Below, piece by piece: positions 25,109-37,690 of a stretch of 64,000 nt of DNA. The position numbers and the translations under genes are program-made. The notes below the pieces were generated by a model that saw nothing but the letters and a program-made list of their open reading frames with translations, was not told the DNA's origin and searched no databases. The DNA comes from Raillietiella orientalis (taxonomy: Eukaryota), in the NCBI GenBank assembly GCA_036172245.1, contig JAYWIR010000020.1, forward strand, positions 2,232,001 to 2,296,000, given 5' to 3'. Each line of letters starts with the position of its first letter. The first letter of the stretch is position 1.

Positions 25109-28100
25109 AAACCATCTTTTGTGCTATCAAGTATTCATGGCCTTTGCCTCACAATATGGTCAAATAACACAACCTGCATGTAATTGGGATCTTGGATGCT
25201 TATACGATGGGTATCCATGCCAGGAGTGTTTGCCTGTGGCAACTATGATCTGTATGTTAATAAAGTCTTACCTTGGGATCTACATTGATCAGGATATGGT
25301 CCCTTTTGCACTGGAACAGAATCCCTTTAGTGGACAGCAGCAGTAATTGAAAATTGGGAGAATCATTGGCTATAGTTTGCCTGGTGTGCCAGTTGCAATA
25401 GCTAAGATCTGTCACACAAGGCTGCAAAGGCACTTGGCTGTGGAAATGTTGTTCCCAGTTGTCCTCATGTAGCCTGATAAAAATTATTGCTTGTTGGAAA
25501 TTGGTAGTCTATTCTCAACCTCTGTTCATAATCTAAATAACCAGCAACTTCACAGCCAGAATGGGTCAGATTTCTTATGTAAATAATAGTCTGCAAATCA
25601 ATAAATGGAAAATAGACTTTTGCAATGGGTTACATGGAAAATCTTAACATAATTGCATTGCAGACAAGGTCTTTGATTGATTAATGCATATGACTCAATA
25701 TGAATGTGATTGGGTGAGGCAACTGAACATTTGGAGGATGTAAACATGGGCATTGCATTAATGTGACTGACTGTATTGAAATGTTTTTTTGAAGTGGATT
25801 AACAGATAAACAGTCATATCTAATGTCCTAAACAATGAAATCCTAAGAATACTGCGTATTTTGGAGATAATTTCTGCATTGATTCTGTAATCTTGAACAT
25901 CAGAGTTTTGGATTTTGAACCCCATATTAAATTTTCCAACAATAACTCCATCAATCACTCAGCTTGATGTGTGCTGCAGTCTTAGAATTCACATGTCAAA
26001 AAACTCACTTTCTGCAAAATGAAGTTCACAGTTTGAACCCATCAACTACTTTTTGCTACAGTTTTTCCACCTAAATCAGAAATCAATAGGATTTAAAGAA
26101 AATGGAAAGTCATGAAGGGAGGAAGGGGTTTGATCTTACAAGAATCACTGCATAGAGGGATGCTATCAGCATCCTTGGCATTTTACATCTTTGTAAGAGG
26201 CAACTGAGTAATCCCCTCTATGAAGAGGTTTGCTAAACTGGTGTGACAGTTAAATAAAACTTCCCAATGCTATAAAAGACTTCATAAATAACTTTTCAGC
26301 ATCTAAAGAGAAAAGGTATTCTGATGGTTCAGTAGTTCATACAGACTCAGTCTTTGTAAACATATTAGATTAATTGATTAACGTTTCATTAAATCTCCTT
26401 AGATGGCAGCTCGCATTTTCTTTGTTATTATATCTTTGAGAGAATTTCAGATGTTTCAATTAATGAATATCATAAATGTATGGAGTATCGAAAAAATGTA
26501 TAGCATCGCACACCATAGTAAGGTTCATAGTAAACGTAGTAATGCCTTTTCTAAAGATAAGGAATTTAGTGATGGATATAACAATAGTTTAATTTATAGT
26601 CTTTTTTAATATACATATGCAGAATTCAATAAAAAGATGCTTGTTTAAGATCATTTACAAAATTGTTACCAGGGATAACCGACAAGTTTGGGCTATATAC
26701 TGAATTCTAACCGAAAGTATGCATAATCCGACATACACAGTCATGTAAGTGGTATTTTGAAGCTTTGGCAAATGACATGGGGGCGCAGCGACACGCTCAA
26801 GCATGGAAACGTTTCCTCACTTGGACAAAGGCACTTTGAAATGGTCACAGTGCACAACCGATAAAAAGAAGAAAAGAAAAAAACGCACAGCCGAAATTTT
26901 AAAAGGGCACTCCTTCCGTTTTTTTTTTCAGATTTTTAAAGACGAAATGTGAAGACCAAATGCGTTCATTATCGGAATTCTCGTGAGAATGCAATATTCG
27001 AACGCCACCGTGCTAACAGTACTACTGATATAAGTAACGACCTTGCAAAGTAATTAGTTTTTACCATTTAGGTACGAGGATTTCAGAAGACCATTTAAAT
27101 GATCTTTTCCGAGATTATCATCCGATTAAGTTGCAAAAACTGAAGTCGTGCTTTCCTGAGTGAATGAATCGAATGAATCGTCAATGCATGTACAATTCAT
27201 GGTCTGTACACCTCCAAATACTTGTCCATCTCCCACAAAGGGAATTTCGACTTCGATTCAAAGAATCTGACTGAGGATTCAAGCAAGGGTTCATCAATGA
27301 AAGCATTTTACATGGAAAAGTAAAATAAATGGGTCATACTGAAGGTACAGATACAGTTCCCATCATGATAACAGGCTTTCCTAACAGGCAAAGACAGTGA
27401 TGGCAATGTAGTGCTGTTGAGTAAGATAATGGAAGTATTTGAAGAGAAGTTCTTCCAGAAAAGGCTATTCTCAATTTGAAGTGCTGGCAAGTGGGGCACA
27501 TCTCAGGACCCACGATGCGCAGCTACATTTCCGGAAGCTCTGCGGCTGCTTCGTATTTCTTTCAGGATATTTCAACGTGTGCTCCTTTTTTTCCAAAATT
27601 TGGGATGTTTCAGTAAAACACTGTTTTCCGTGAGAGGAGCTGCTTTGCCCCCAACGTTTTCTGAGAACGATGTCTGTCGAGACCTTTGACCACATTTGAT
27701 GTGGAATATGAAGGTAGCCGATGAAAGCGGATTTTAAGCAAGGATGGGAAAACACCGATAGCCATTACAGCCGAAAGAACGTGCACCCCTAATTCTCCAA
27801 AGAGACAGATAAAGAGAAACAAAGTTCAGAAAGAGAAATCCAAAGTAGGCTTTCGTGTGATTATCGTATCTGAATGCGAATTCCGAATCCATCCCTTCGA
27901 ACTCCCCTCCCCTCCCCATGGAGGCAGCAGCCATATGGAAAACACACAAAACGGTTTCGAAGAAGTATGATTGATTACGTTAGGGCCCTTTACTCGTACA
28001 TTAACGAGGGAAATTTCATTCCCATCGATTCAGCTCTTCGCACAATGTACGCGACGCTTAAGCACACCCAACTTGGAATCCACGCATCATCTCTTGGAAT

Positions 28101-28573
28101 CTTCTCGCAGACCTTCATTCCGGCACGCCCTGGACGTGCGCCCTTACGCCACCACGAGGTCAGCGGATGGGGGCAGCCCAGGTTGCCACCAAGTTTCAAC
28201 CATCTGCAAAGGTTTTACGTGCCGCACGCTGAGCTTTCCATATCCAACCATCGCCCATTTGAATAGGTGATTTTCCCTGCTTCGCACGCGTGGTAAAGCG
28301 ATTTGGCTTTTCAAGTCAGTTCAACCTGGACAAGGCTGAAGTAACTGCTGAAGGCTTCTGCAGTTCCTAACATTCCTCGGCATTCTTACACTTCAGAGGA
28401 GGGTGCGTCAGTACTTGATGTCAATCACACATCGATGAGGAACCTTTCAGTTAAAGCGACTGTCAAACCATTCTTCTAGCAATCTGAACTCTCGGAGCAA
28501 ACAAGGCAGGTTTCAAGGGAGAGGAAAAGAGATTCCGCACCAAGTTCCACGTGATTCGTTCCCCGCATTTGCG

Positions 28574-29756
28574 TCAGTGCATCGGTTTCGATGTTTCAGG
28601 GAAACCCCCAATGCCATCCGGATACAGTACAAATAGACAGTCCTTCATCGCAATCACCTGACTGCTAGCAGTTCTTATGTACTCTTTCCCCCATCCTCGA
28701 TGGATCCAGATGGATTTTTGTCCATAGTTTCGGAGTTTCCTCGCGCAGGTTATGAACCGAGGCACGTTCTCCCCAAAGGCAAATCCTTGGTTTCTTTCGA
28801 AAGTATCCGAAATACTGAAATGCATGCATACTTTTTTCGAAGGGAAATGCACATTCCTATTCTCCACTTGGAAGAACAGGCATCTTTTTTTTTTTTTTTT
28901 TTGTCCACCAGCGCAAAAATGAACATTCAGACTTGTGGAAACGCAGTCTGAACCGCTTCCCGAACGGTAAACACGCTTGCCCTTGTGTGACTTAAAGCTT
29001 GCTGGCGGTTTTAGGGTAAGTGGTATATGTGATCAAATTGTACACAGTCAGTAGGCAGTGTAGAGAATTCGTTAAAATTCGTTAAAATGAGAATGTACTT
29101 ACTAATAATTTGTGCTTTCTGTTTGCTTCTTCTCTGAGAGCAAGCTCTTGAAACAAAGGGGATCGGATTTGTAGATTTGCCGAGACAACTTTCCCTTCTA
29201 AGTGTTTCTCCAACTCTCTAAGGAAAAATCATGTTGTTCGACAGCTGTCACCGGGGAAAACAACAACAACAAGGTACTTTTTTTGATTCCTTTTCATGGC
29301 TTCAAATTCATCTTTCGTAGGAACATGACTGCGACCTTTGTGCCCTAGGCTCACCAACTGTCTTGCAATCTCTTCAGACTGAAAAAAAAAAAAAAAAAAA
29401 ATGATATTTTGCTTTTGGTTCCAGCTGATCGTGGCTAACGAATGTTTTAACACTTTAACTTCGTCGCGGACATCCTGCGAATGCTCTCGGATCACACAGA
29501 CGTGTGCGCGCATACATGATGTATAAGAATAATCATTGTGTGTGTACGTTTCTGGGGACGCATGCTTTTGGGGTCCTAGTCGATGCGTTGGAATGGTTTT
29601 TTCCCACCCTTGGTTTCCTATGCTTATGGGACACTGGCGACTTTCATGTGGGAAACTATATTGCGCCCCAATGGAATTCTTTTTCAAACACTCTTGGGGC
29701 ACTCCAATAACCCGATGTGTTTCCAGTCCAGGTGCCTGTTTTTTCTCTCTCTCTTC

Positions 29757-29791
<35 letters not shown>

Positions 29792-31966
29792 CTCACACAC
29801 GTCCTTTGTATCCCCGTGATTTTTTTTTTTTCTCTTCCAAGTGACGAGATTTTGTCTTTCCAAGTACAGAGTGTAAAAACCTGCGCTCGTTCACCGCGCG
29901 AGCGTGAGATTTCCGAGGCACCTCGAAGGCTCATCTGCCATTTGCACAGCACTTTGCAGGGCCAAGAACGGCGACGCTTATTTCGCTCTCAACATCTCCA
30001 GAACATTCCGAAAACATCTTCCACATAGCAAGAATTGTGCTTGTTCCTGCTCTTTTTATGCCTTGCCACAGATGCACAGGTGCAGAGCACAGCCGATGCT
30101 GTGAGACGATGTGGTGCACATCTCCGCGCCCTCGTATTCGTTCGGGGGAATTTTTTCTTCAGCAAATAAATAAGCCGGATAGTGAGTAATACGAGAAAGA
30201 GGTGGTCTTTTGCAAGTCGCCCAAATCTGACATTTCATTTGCTTCGAGGAGTTGGTTCATGAGCTTCATGTCTTGCAAGAATTTATGGCTCTGGAAGTGG
30301 TGTTTCCTGGAAACATGGGCGCTCCGAGACTCGTGCTGTGGCTATCGTACACGTGTTTTAGAATTCTGATTTTGATTAATTAGACAACCTGAAATGTCGC
30401 CAGCAAAAATGGCTAACGCGAACTTTTCGAATGGATGAAATGCCTATACTCAATAACTGAAGACTTTCTCAATTAGATACCTGAGAGCAAAGTCAAACGA
30501 TGCTTACCGATTCAGAAATAGATTTTTTCCTAATTAACATTCTGTTTTAAAGGTAAGAAAATTCGGTGGTAAGAAAGCTGAAAACCCCATTATAGAAATA
30601 AAAGCAAGGAAAAGGAATCTTTGGGTAACCAAAAAGGAACCCGCATCAAATTTTACCGAATGAATAAAGTAACTTTAAGAATCAAGAGAATCGCTGTTTT
30701 CTATTTTGCAAAAGATTATTTATCTATTACTGTGATCGCATCTACCTGAAACCTTTTCATACCCCACAAGATACTGGAAGCAGCGAAGGAAGAGGGATTT
30801 TCCATCGACTCCGAAAGCATTTTCCTGTGTAAGCTCTGCAAGTGTGACGGATTTATAAATCAAAATCATGTTCCACGAGCCTCTAAATTTGCTTTCAGAG
30901 TGCAAAACGTTGTCCTGGATGAATGACGTTTATGGAATAAGCCATTCATGGCATTCAGCAAGCCTGGCATCCAATTTGGAGTGCTCTGGAGGGATGGTGT
31001 GTTAACCTTAAGATTCAAGAGTTCGCTTTATCGTCACACAGGAGAGGAGGACGGAGGAGGAGGAAGACGGGCAAAGGACGAATCTCCCAGTAGGTGAGGT
31101 CCGAACTTTCGCCTCCCCGTCCGGGACTCGACCCCCCTTGACGTTGGAACCGGCAGGTATCGACTGCAGTGGCCCCATCCCCAAATGTTGCACCAGACCA
31201 GCTGACAACCTCAGAAACGAAGAGGAACAGTCGCTAGGCTTCCGAAATTATCGAAACGAGCAACCTCTACATTTATTTGAGGTCCAATTAGGGAAACTCA
31301 AACCTCGGTTGGTGAGTCAGAATGTTCGTGCTATTGGAAAAGTGTGTTTGCATAAGATATGCTCTTCTACTTCGGTGGGAGTTCTGCGAAACCAGGGTCG
31401 AATGGCAACGAATGCACCTATTAAATGACTTCTTAAATTGACCGGTTGCCCGAAGAACTGAGCTCTTTTATGGGTTGCGCGTTTTATCCTATTTACGATC
31501 CCACCACTTAGTATGTGTATGGTCTGAATGTACTCTGCTGGCCATTAGATTTCGTTGGAAAATTCAAATCCATTTACCATTCACTGCAAACTAAAGCTCT
31601 CGAACCCCTTAGGCGGTCGTATTCATAATTCCATGGATTGGATTGAAGCCGACTACGGAAACAGGGGCAAGCTTTTGGAAAAAACCCACGATAGGAATTC
31701 ATCCTTATACTTCGGAAATTGGACACGCTGAAATTTCGTTGTTGTTTTTTTTTTTTTTTTTCCTTCTTCTGAGTCTAATTTTTGGATACATTTGGAATGA
31801 GCTCGAACGAAAAACAGTCGGGAACACACAATTGCAGACGATCGGCACTCATTAAAATGAAGCAAAAACTTACCTCCAAATAAAACAAATCAGTGGGGGT
31901 CACGAAGGAATCTAAATACTCTTCGTATGTTTTGTGCTTCCCAACATCATCTGTTTCAGCAATCAT
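28574..31966 (-). CDS. CFAP299: Cilia- and flagella-associated protein 299 (C4orf22)-like; N-terminal exons clear, C-terminal exon uncertain
   Basis: Exon 1 31966-31874 MIAETDDVGKHKTYEEYLDSFVTPTDLFYLE|GTAAGT. Exon 2 29378-29278 SEEIARQLVSLGHKGRSHVPTKDEFEAMKRNQK follows a poly-T CAG acceptor. These match the CFAP299 pattern YEDFLDSQIT..DLYYLE-DE.LARQLVELGYRG....REDFEARK. Candidate exon 3 (28814-28574) is phase-compatible and open, but not recognisably homologous. Confidence 0.7.
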
Positions 31967-34900
31967 TTTCCCCCGGTACGAATCTGCTTAATTAGCGCAC
32001 TCTTCCAATTTTCTGTGGGGCTGATGCTCTCCCGACGCGGCCTTCCCGCCGAGACCCCCGGCAACTCACGCCCTCCATTGTTGCTTGGTTTTGCCAGAAG
32101 TTTTTTTTTTGATTTTTAAGTCTCGATTTTCTTTTCCTGGAGATTTTCGCCGGGTTTCCCCTCCACGCTGACCACGTCACCCACCTCCTGCTCCAGCCTG
32201 CAGAAGGAAGATTGCAATTTATAAAGTTCGATCTATCATTCCCCTCCAAGGCATGCCCGCTATGCAGTTACATGTGGAAAAGATGGAAAATCGATAAGCT
32301 GCTAATTCGTTAATACTCCTGGCAGTAGATGTTCGAACAGAGACGAAAATGCCTGGTTAAATAACGCGCACACAAAAAGTGAGAAATGTTTTTTTGAGAA
32401 CTCGGATCGTGTACGGTGCTCCAAAGGTGTCAATATGTGTGTGTGTGTGTGTTTTTTGTTTGCATTAAAAACCATCAGACACAAAAATCATCGATTATCA
32501 ATTAATACGTTCCGTGTCTGCTCCACATTAACTGTAATGGAAGTACTCAAGTTCCGAGTACATTTCCTTTTTTGCTTTTTACTTCCAATGCTTTAGATTG
32601 TTGGTGATTACATATATCTTTTAGAGTAAGTTAGCTCCATGAATACGAATCAGTCCATACCGCGAAAAGGAAAATCATGTGTTTGATAATAAATTCATTC
32701 TCTACTCTAAGTCAATTTCGCTTATTTGAGTAAATAAATACCCACAGGGCGCAAGAACAGATTTTGTCTCAGTAAAATCTGTTCTTGTGTCCGGTGGTTT
32801 TGCTGCGTTGAATCCAATAGATAGGTTGTGTAATTCAGAATTTCGAGAAACTTTCAAGACCAGCTGCTGAAATGTTAGATGCGCAGTGGTGGTGACGGCC
32901 GTGACGAAATCACACAATGTTCCCAAAAGACTGTGTTCACAAATCAAAGGAGAGGTATAAGCTAAAGGAGCCCAGTATCAATAAAAATCATCTGAGCATC
33001 ATTTGTCAAGTTTCCGGTTCCTTCCTAGTGATACAGTTTCGCCCGGTTCGAGAGCATGCCGAAAGTGAGAGAAGTGTTGCACAATTCTTCCGTAAACGAA
33101 TGCCATTTTTCAAAACACCAATTCGAGCAGCATGAGCTGCTAAAGTCGTATTAATCCCTGATCAAAAAATCGCCGATCAAGCTTTCGTGTTTTTGTTGAA
33201 CAGGAGTGTTTGAATGACGGCCTAGTTTCAGTGTTGTGAAACTAAAAGCTATTTAAATGATAAGAAGAGAAAGTGAGAAGCAGCATTATAAACAACCATC
33301 TGGGGCGATATCAGTTGCTATTCGTCGAATTTCAAATTTTTGTTTATGAGACGGTTAACAGAGGTCCAGTCCTACATATTCTGACACCCAGAAAAGATGA
33401 TCGGATTCCTGTAATGAATTGGATAACATTACGAATGATATCTTAATCTTACATTACTGGTCAAAAATAAGATATATAGCTGCTACGTTTTTGCACTGAG
33501 AAGCCAGACATATGCTATCAAAAAACCGGTGCTTGCAGTTGGTCAAGAGATGCAGCAAGCATTTCGTCTGAAGAACCAAAAACTTTTTCAAACGGTTTGT
33601 TCCAAAGAAAGGAACATATTCCAAACCAACAAGTTTTGTGTGTCTTCCACTAGGCACTGTAGCGAAGGAATTGCTGTTTCGGTCTCTGCAAATTCCTTTT
33701 TGTAGCCGGAGTGAGTGCGTTAGGTTGAGAGTAGGGACCACAAATGATATCGCAGCTAAGAAATGTTCCGGATAGTCATACGGAGCAAATTCATACCGAA
33801 AAAATCACTGCAGATCTTCAGAATGATTAAAAAGAAGAAGAAAAAGGGGGAAAAAAAGGGTCCATAGCTGGTCGTGGTAGCACGGGTACAGTTTGGTTGT
33901 TTCATGCTTGCAACTGAAGTCCAAAGGTAAAAAAAAAGATTCACCGAAAACGTACAAGCACCATCCGAAATCTGCCAGTAATGCAAAGTCCATGTTTTAA
34001 GACGAATGTGGATGGACAGCTGGAAAAGAAGGCTACAGACGTTTGCAAGTGGGTTGCAGTCCTCATGACTTGCCGACGCAAGCTTCCCGTTCTGCAGTCT
34101 ATTGCAGATGAACTTGAAGATGCCAGCCCTCTGATAATGACGAATCCACTCACTGATTGCGTAATGCAGTGTCGCTTAGACTGGCTCAAACAAAGCAATG
34201 CAAGGACAGTGGAGGTAATTGCTAATAACAATCTGCAATCCGAAGAACGTTCCCAAAATTTGCGTGATGGCAAATGGGTTGCATTTGATACCATTTCACT
34301 GGCTGCATGAAACTTCACGAACCCAGTCCAGAATCTGTGTTCAATCAGCTGTTTCCGAAAGGAAACACTCCTACTGACATGTACACACAAAGCTTGGTCA
34401 GCATCTGAAATCAAATGTGGATTTTTTTTTCTTTTCCTTGGGTTTTCCTTACACAACTTTTATGCAATCTCTTTCGAAGTATTCACTTCTCTCGAAGAGG
34501 ACAAGGTCCCGTGAGTACGCAGCAAGTGGAACAGGACGAAGACCAATTTTTGCGGGATAAGCAACATCGACAAGTTGTTCAGGCTACCAGGATTCTCTGT
34601 TTTCTATGTCTCCTGCTGTTTGTTTTCGACGGAAAATGCACTCTGCTATCTACCATCGAGGACTGCTTTTGCCGAGTGCACATGCTGTTCTTGGAAACGC
34701 CATTCGCTCAGCACGGATGCTTGCTGAGCGAATGGCACTAGCGAGTGGGTTCTCATCTGAATCAAGCCTTTCTTGCGACTCCGAAGAATGTTGGAAAACG
34801 ATGAGATGATCTTCGACCTTTTCTTTTTTCTTTTTTTTCCTTTTTTTGCGTGTGTCCTATTTCTGCTGCTGCAGTGGCACCGACACGCTTCGCCCCCTCC

Positions 34901-37319
34901 CTGACCGCACAAGAACAAAAACGATCCGAAGACAACTGAAGCATTTCCTGAAGCGTCAGCCGTTACTCGGTCACACCGAAATGTCAAGATGGAGTACGCA
35001 AAAATTACCGCTAAGTGGTCAGTAGCGTCAAGTGATCGTAAGTCCAGTGCCCGAAAATTCCCATATCGATCTCGGCGACGGAAATCTTGGCTCTCTGTAA
35101 TAACGCCTCCAGGCGCTATGTCACGACCAAATCCCGATCCATAGCTGCGGGTTGCGGGAGGCACACGCGCCATGAGCGAGCCTGCTAGAGAGAAAAAAAA
35201 CAACCGGAAGGCAGATGAATTGCGATTCTTCCCAGAGTCTTGTCGATGTTTGGTGCGCTGGATCGGAGGGGGTTTCGCTTGGCCTCCAGCATTGGTCTCG
35301 TCTATCTGCTTTCCCTGTTTGAGAAGATGAGGAGGACGAGTTCCAGCCTAGCACCTTGCCCTAGCCCGTGTCTTCCATGTGGACACAGCGACCACCTGAT
35401 AACCGCCGAGACGCGCGCCATCTCCAAGGAAACGGATTTTCTCTGTGAGTTCCGTGACGCTGTCGAGGATGTCTAAATTTCCTCGTGACCTCAGACGATT
35501 CACGAAGCACAGGCGGAGCATAGGGTGGGGCACTGCCTCTGTCCCAGGAAAGTCCTTTCTGTTTCCCATCGGAGATGGCCAGCCTCCGCGGTGATTGCAA
35601 GACGCAGCATGCATCAAGTTGGCTTGGACAGTGGCAGCCGCAACTCTGGAAGCCGAGTTCCCTAATTCCTCCACAGCCGGGTGCTGATGCTGATGCCGAC
35701 GGAAGAGCGGTAGAGATGGCTGAGGGAAAGCCCAGCGAGAGGTCCCGTCTTGCTGGAACCAGAAGTTCCTCTCCAACAGAAGCACCTATGACATTATCGA
35801 GACATCCTTCGTGGTGAAAGATGCGAGGCTGTCTCTGAACGAGCACAAAAGCCTTTTAAAGATGGAAAGTGAAAGGGGGGGGGGGAAGAAGGTTTTGCCA
35901 GGCAACCGAGATGCGGCCAGAACTCGTGAAAGCGTTTCACGCGCTGTTCTCAAAGGTCGAAAGTACCGATGCAGGCTGTTGACCGGCTCTTGATCTCAAG
36001 GTGCTGAAAAATGTTCGGGAGATCGGAAGAGCGTCGGCGGGGGCAATGCGTGGGACGTGAACCTTCCAGAGCCAGCGAAGCTGCAGCTGTTGGGGTCGCC
36101 GCCAGGGTAGGACAATCCTTCACGCCGAGTAATTGATTCGCGGATCTCCTTCCTCGCATTTATTCACACCGATCCACGCCTTGGAGAGATCGGGCTGCTG
36201 AAGGATCGAGTGCTGACGTCATGCTCGGAAGCCCTTCGCCGGCGGCTAGTGCTCGAGACGCCTCCTCTCTCGGTGGAGAGCTACTCTTCGCTCTCGTTGG
36301 ACCAGCGCCTGAGATGAGATAGGTTTTTGCTCTCTTCCTTTCGCGTTTTCGTGGGAGGATTCTGGCGACAAGAACGTTTCCACCCTTCGGGTCAATTGAC
36401 TGCGGGTCAAAACAATAAGCGGCCTGTCCTGACCAGCTACAAAGAAACGAAGCGGTCGGCTGGGGAAAGCCGGCCAGCAAGGCCTCTTTCTTTCCCTTTG
36501 TCCGGCAATCTGATACGAGAACGGCGTATCGCGTGGCTGCAGGCAGGGGACCCGCAAGGTGCCATCTCGAACGCCCCGGAGCAAAGTCTGTTTTCTTGCG
36601 CAACCTCCGGAACCGAAACCTCCTCGGGTTACCTTCGCGCTACCGCAGCTTGCCGGGAGCCCGACGCCTCGGTCTCTCCCTCTCTTCCTCCTCTCGAAGC
36701 GCGGGCGCTTGCCCCGGGCGCGCACAGGACCACCCTCTTCCTGCGCCATGGCCCTCGGCCACCTGCTCGGTCTCGTTGCACCGACTGGGATCGCTTCCCC
36801 TCTGAACGCAGACCTTGGGACAGCCTCCTCGAGTGCCCCGCAGGAAGAACAAAAATACGCACGCACGCATGCGCGCAACTCACCACGCCTCTCCAGATGC
36901 TGCTGCCGCGTGAAACCGCCCTTGCGGACGGGCCTGCGCTCGCCCTCTCCGGAGGGACCACGGAAGGGAACCGCTCTTCGAGTTCGTTCTTCTGAAGGAC
37001 TTCCCCGAAGGGAGCACGCGCTCTCAGCAGCACGGCGAGGAACCCCCGGGGGATGGTCTTCCTCGAGAAGCCGATCCGGGAGACCACGGCTCGGATATCC
37101 CGAAGTGAAACTCATGGGGGAGGCGCTCACTTTTCCGTGGCTCCGCTGATGTCTCGGGCGGGGGGGAGCCTCCCTGTCGGAACTTCCTGGGAACAGCTTC
37201 CGCGTCAACCTCCCTTTGTGCTGCTGTCGAGGAGCCGCGTCGACAGCAACCTGTTCGCTCGCACGCAGTAGCGATCGAGGAGTGCACGGGCGACAGGATA
37301 AAAAACAGCACCCATGACG

Positions 37320-37450
37320 GAGGAGGAGGAGCAACAAAAGAGGAAGAAACGACAATGGGAGCTGCAAGAGAAGCAGCAACGACGGTGAAAGCAGGAGCAG
37401 CAGACACTAGCAAGAGCAGCAGCTACAGTGGAAGAAGCAGCACCAGCACT
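37320..37450 (+). repeat. Low-complexity (GCA/GGA)n-like tract
   Basis: Degenerate AGCAGC/GGAGGA runs, which produce spurious Ser/Ala/Leu-rich ORFs. Confidence 0.6.
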
Positions 37451-37499
37451 CATAATGAAAGCGATACTATAACAGCGAACATTCTTCGTTCATTCCATC

Positions 37500-37690
37500 G
37501 AAGGACTTCTCCGAAGGGGCGCGCTCCCGGCAACCTGGACAGGAATCCCCCTAAGGAAGGATCGGATCCATGCCACAAACCGGAGGGGAACTCGGAACCC
37601 TCCGTAACTCCTGGAATGACCCCGGAGGGACCACCCCCAATTCCGGCCAATCGACAGGGTATCCGGACTCCAGAGCGCGCACAAGCGCTA
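37500..37690 (-). mobile_element. Decayed LINE-like repeat fragment related to 54300-54520 and 50050-50300
   Basis: CAAACCGGAGGGGAACTC...CTCCGTAACTCCTGGAATGACCCCGGAGG aligns with CAACCGGAGGGGAGCTC...CTCCGTGATTCCTGGAAGGACCCGGAGG at ~54403. Minus-strand translations are VIPGVTEGSEFPSG...GSDP and VLPGITEWELPSG...GADP. Confidence 0.55.

Noticed and set aside
27634..27785. Possible PIF/Harbinger transposase remnant (FLRTMSVETFDHI...ILSKDGKTPIAITAE)
   Set aside because: Only two short, interrupted motifs, with no TIRs, TSD or DDE core visible.
29757..29791. Poly-T immediately followed by poly-A (also 63151-63180), formally a hairpin
   Set aside because: Homopolymer runs are frequent throughout the window and nothing else supports a function.
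32700..36150. Possible plus-strand gene divergent from CFAP299 (ORFs 33981-34310, 34415-34741, 35240-35476)
   Set aside because: No consistent splice model or recognisable product. This needs RNA-seq.
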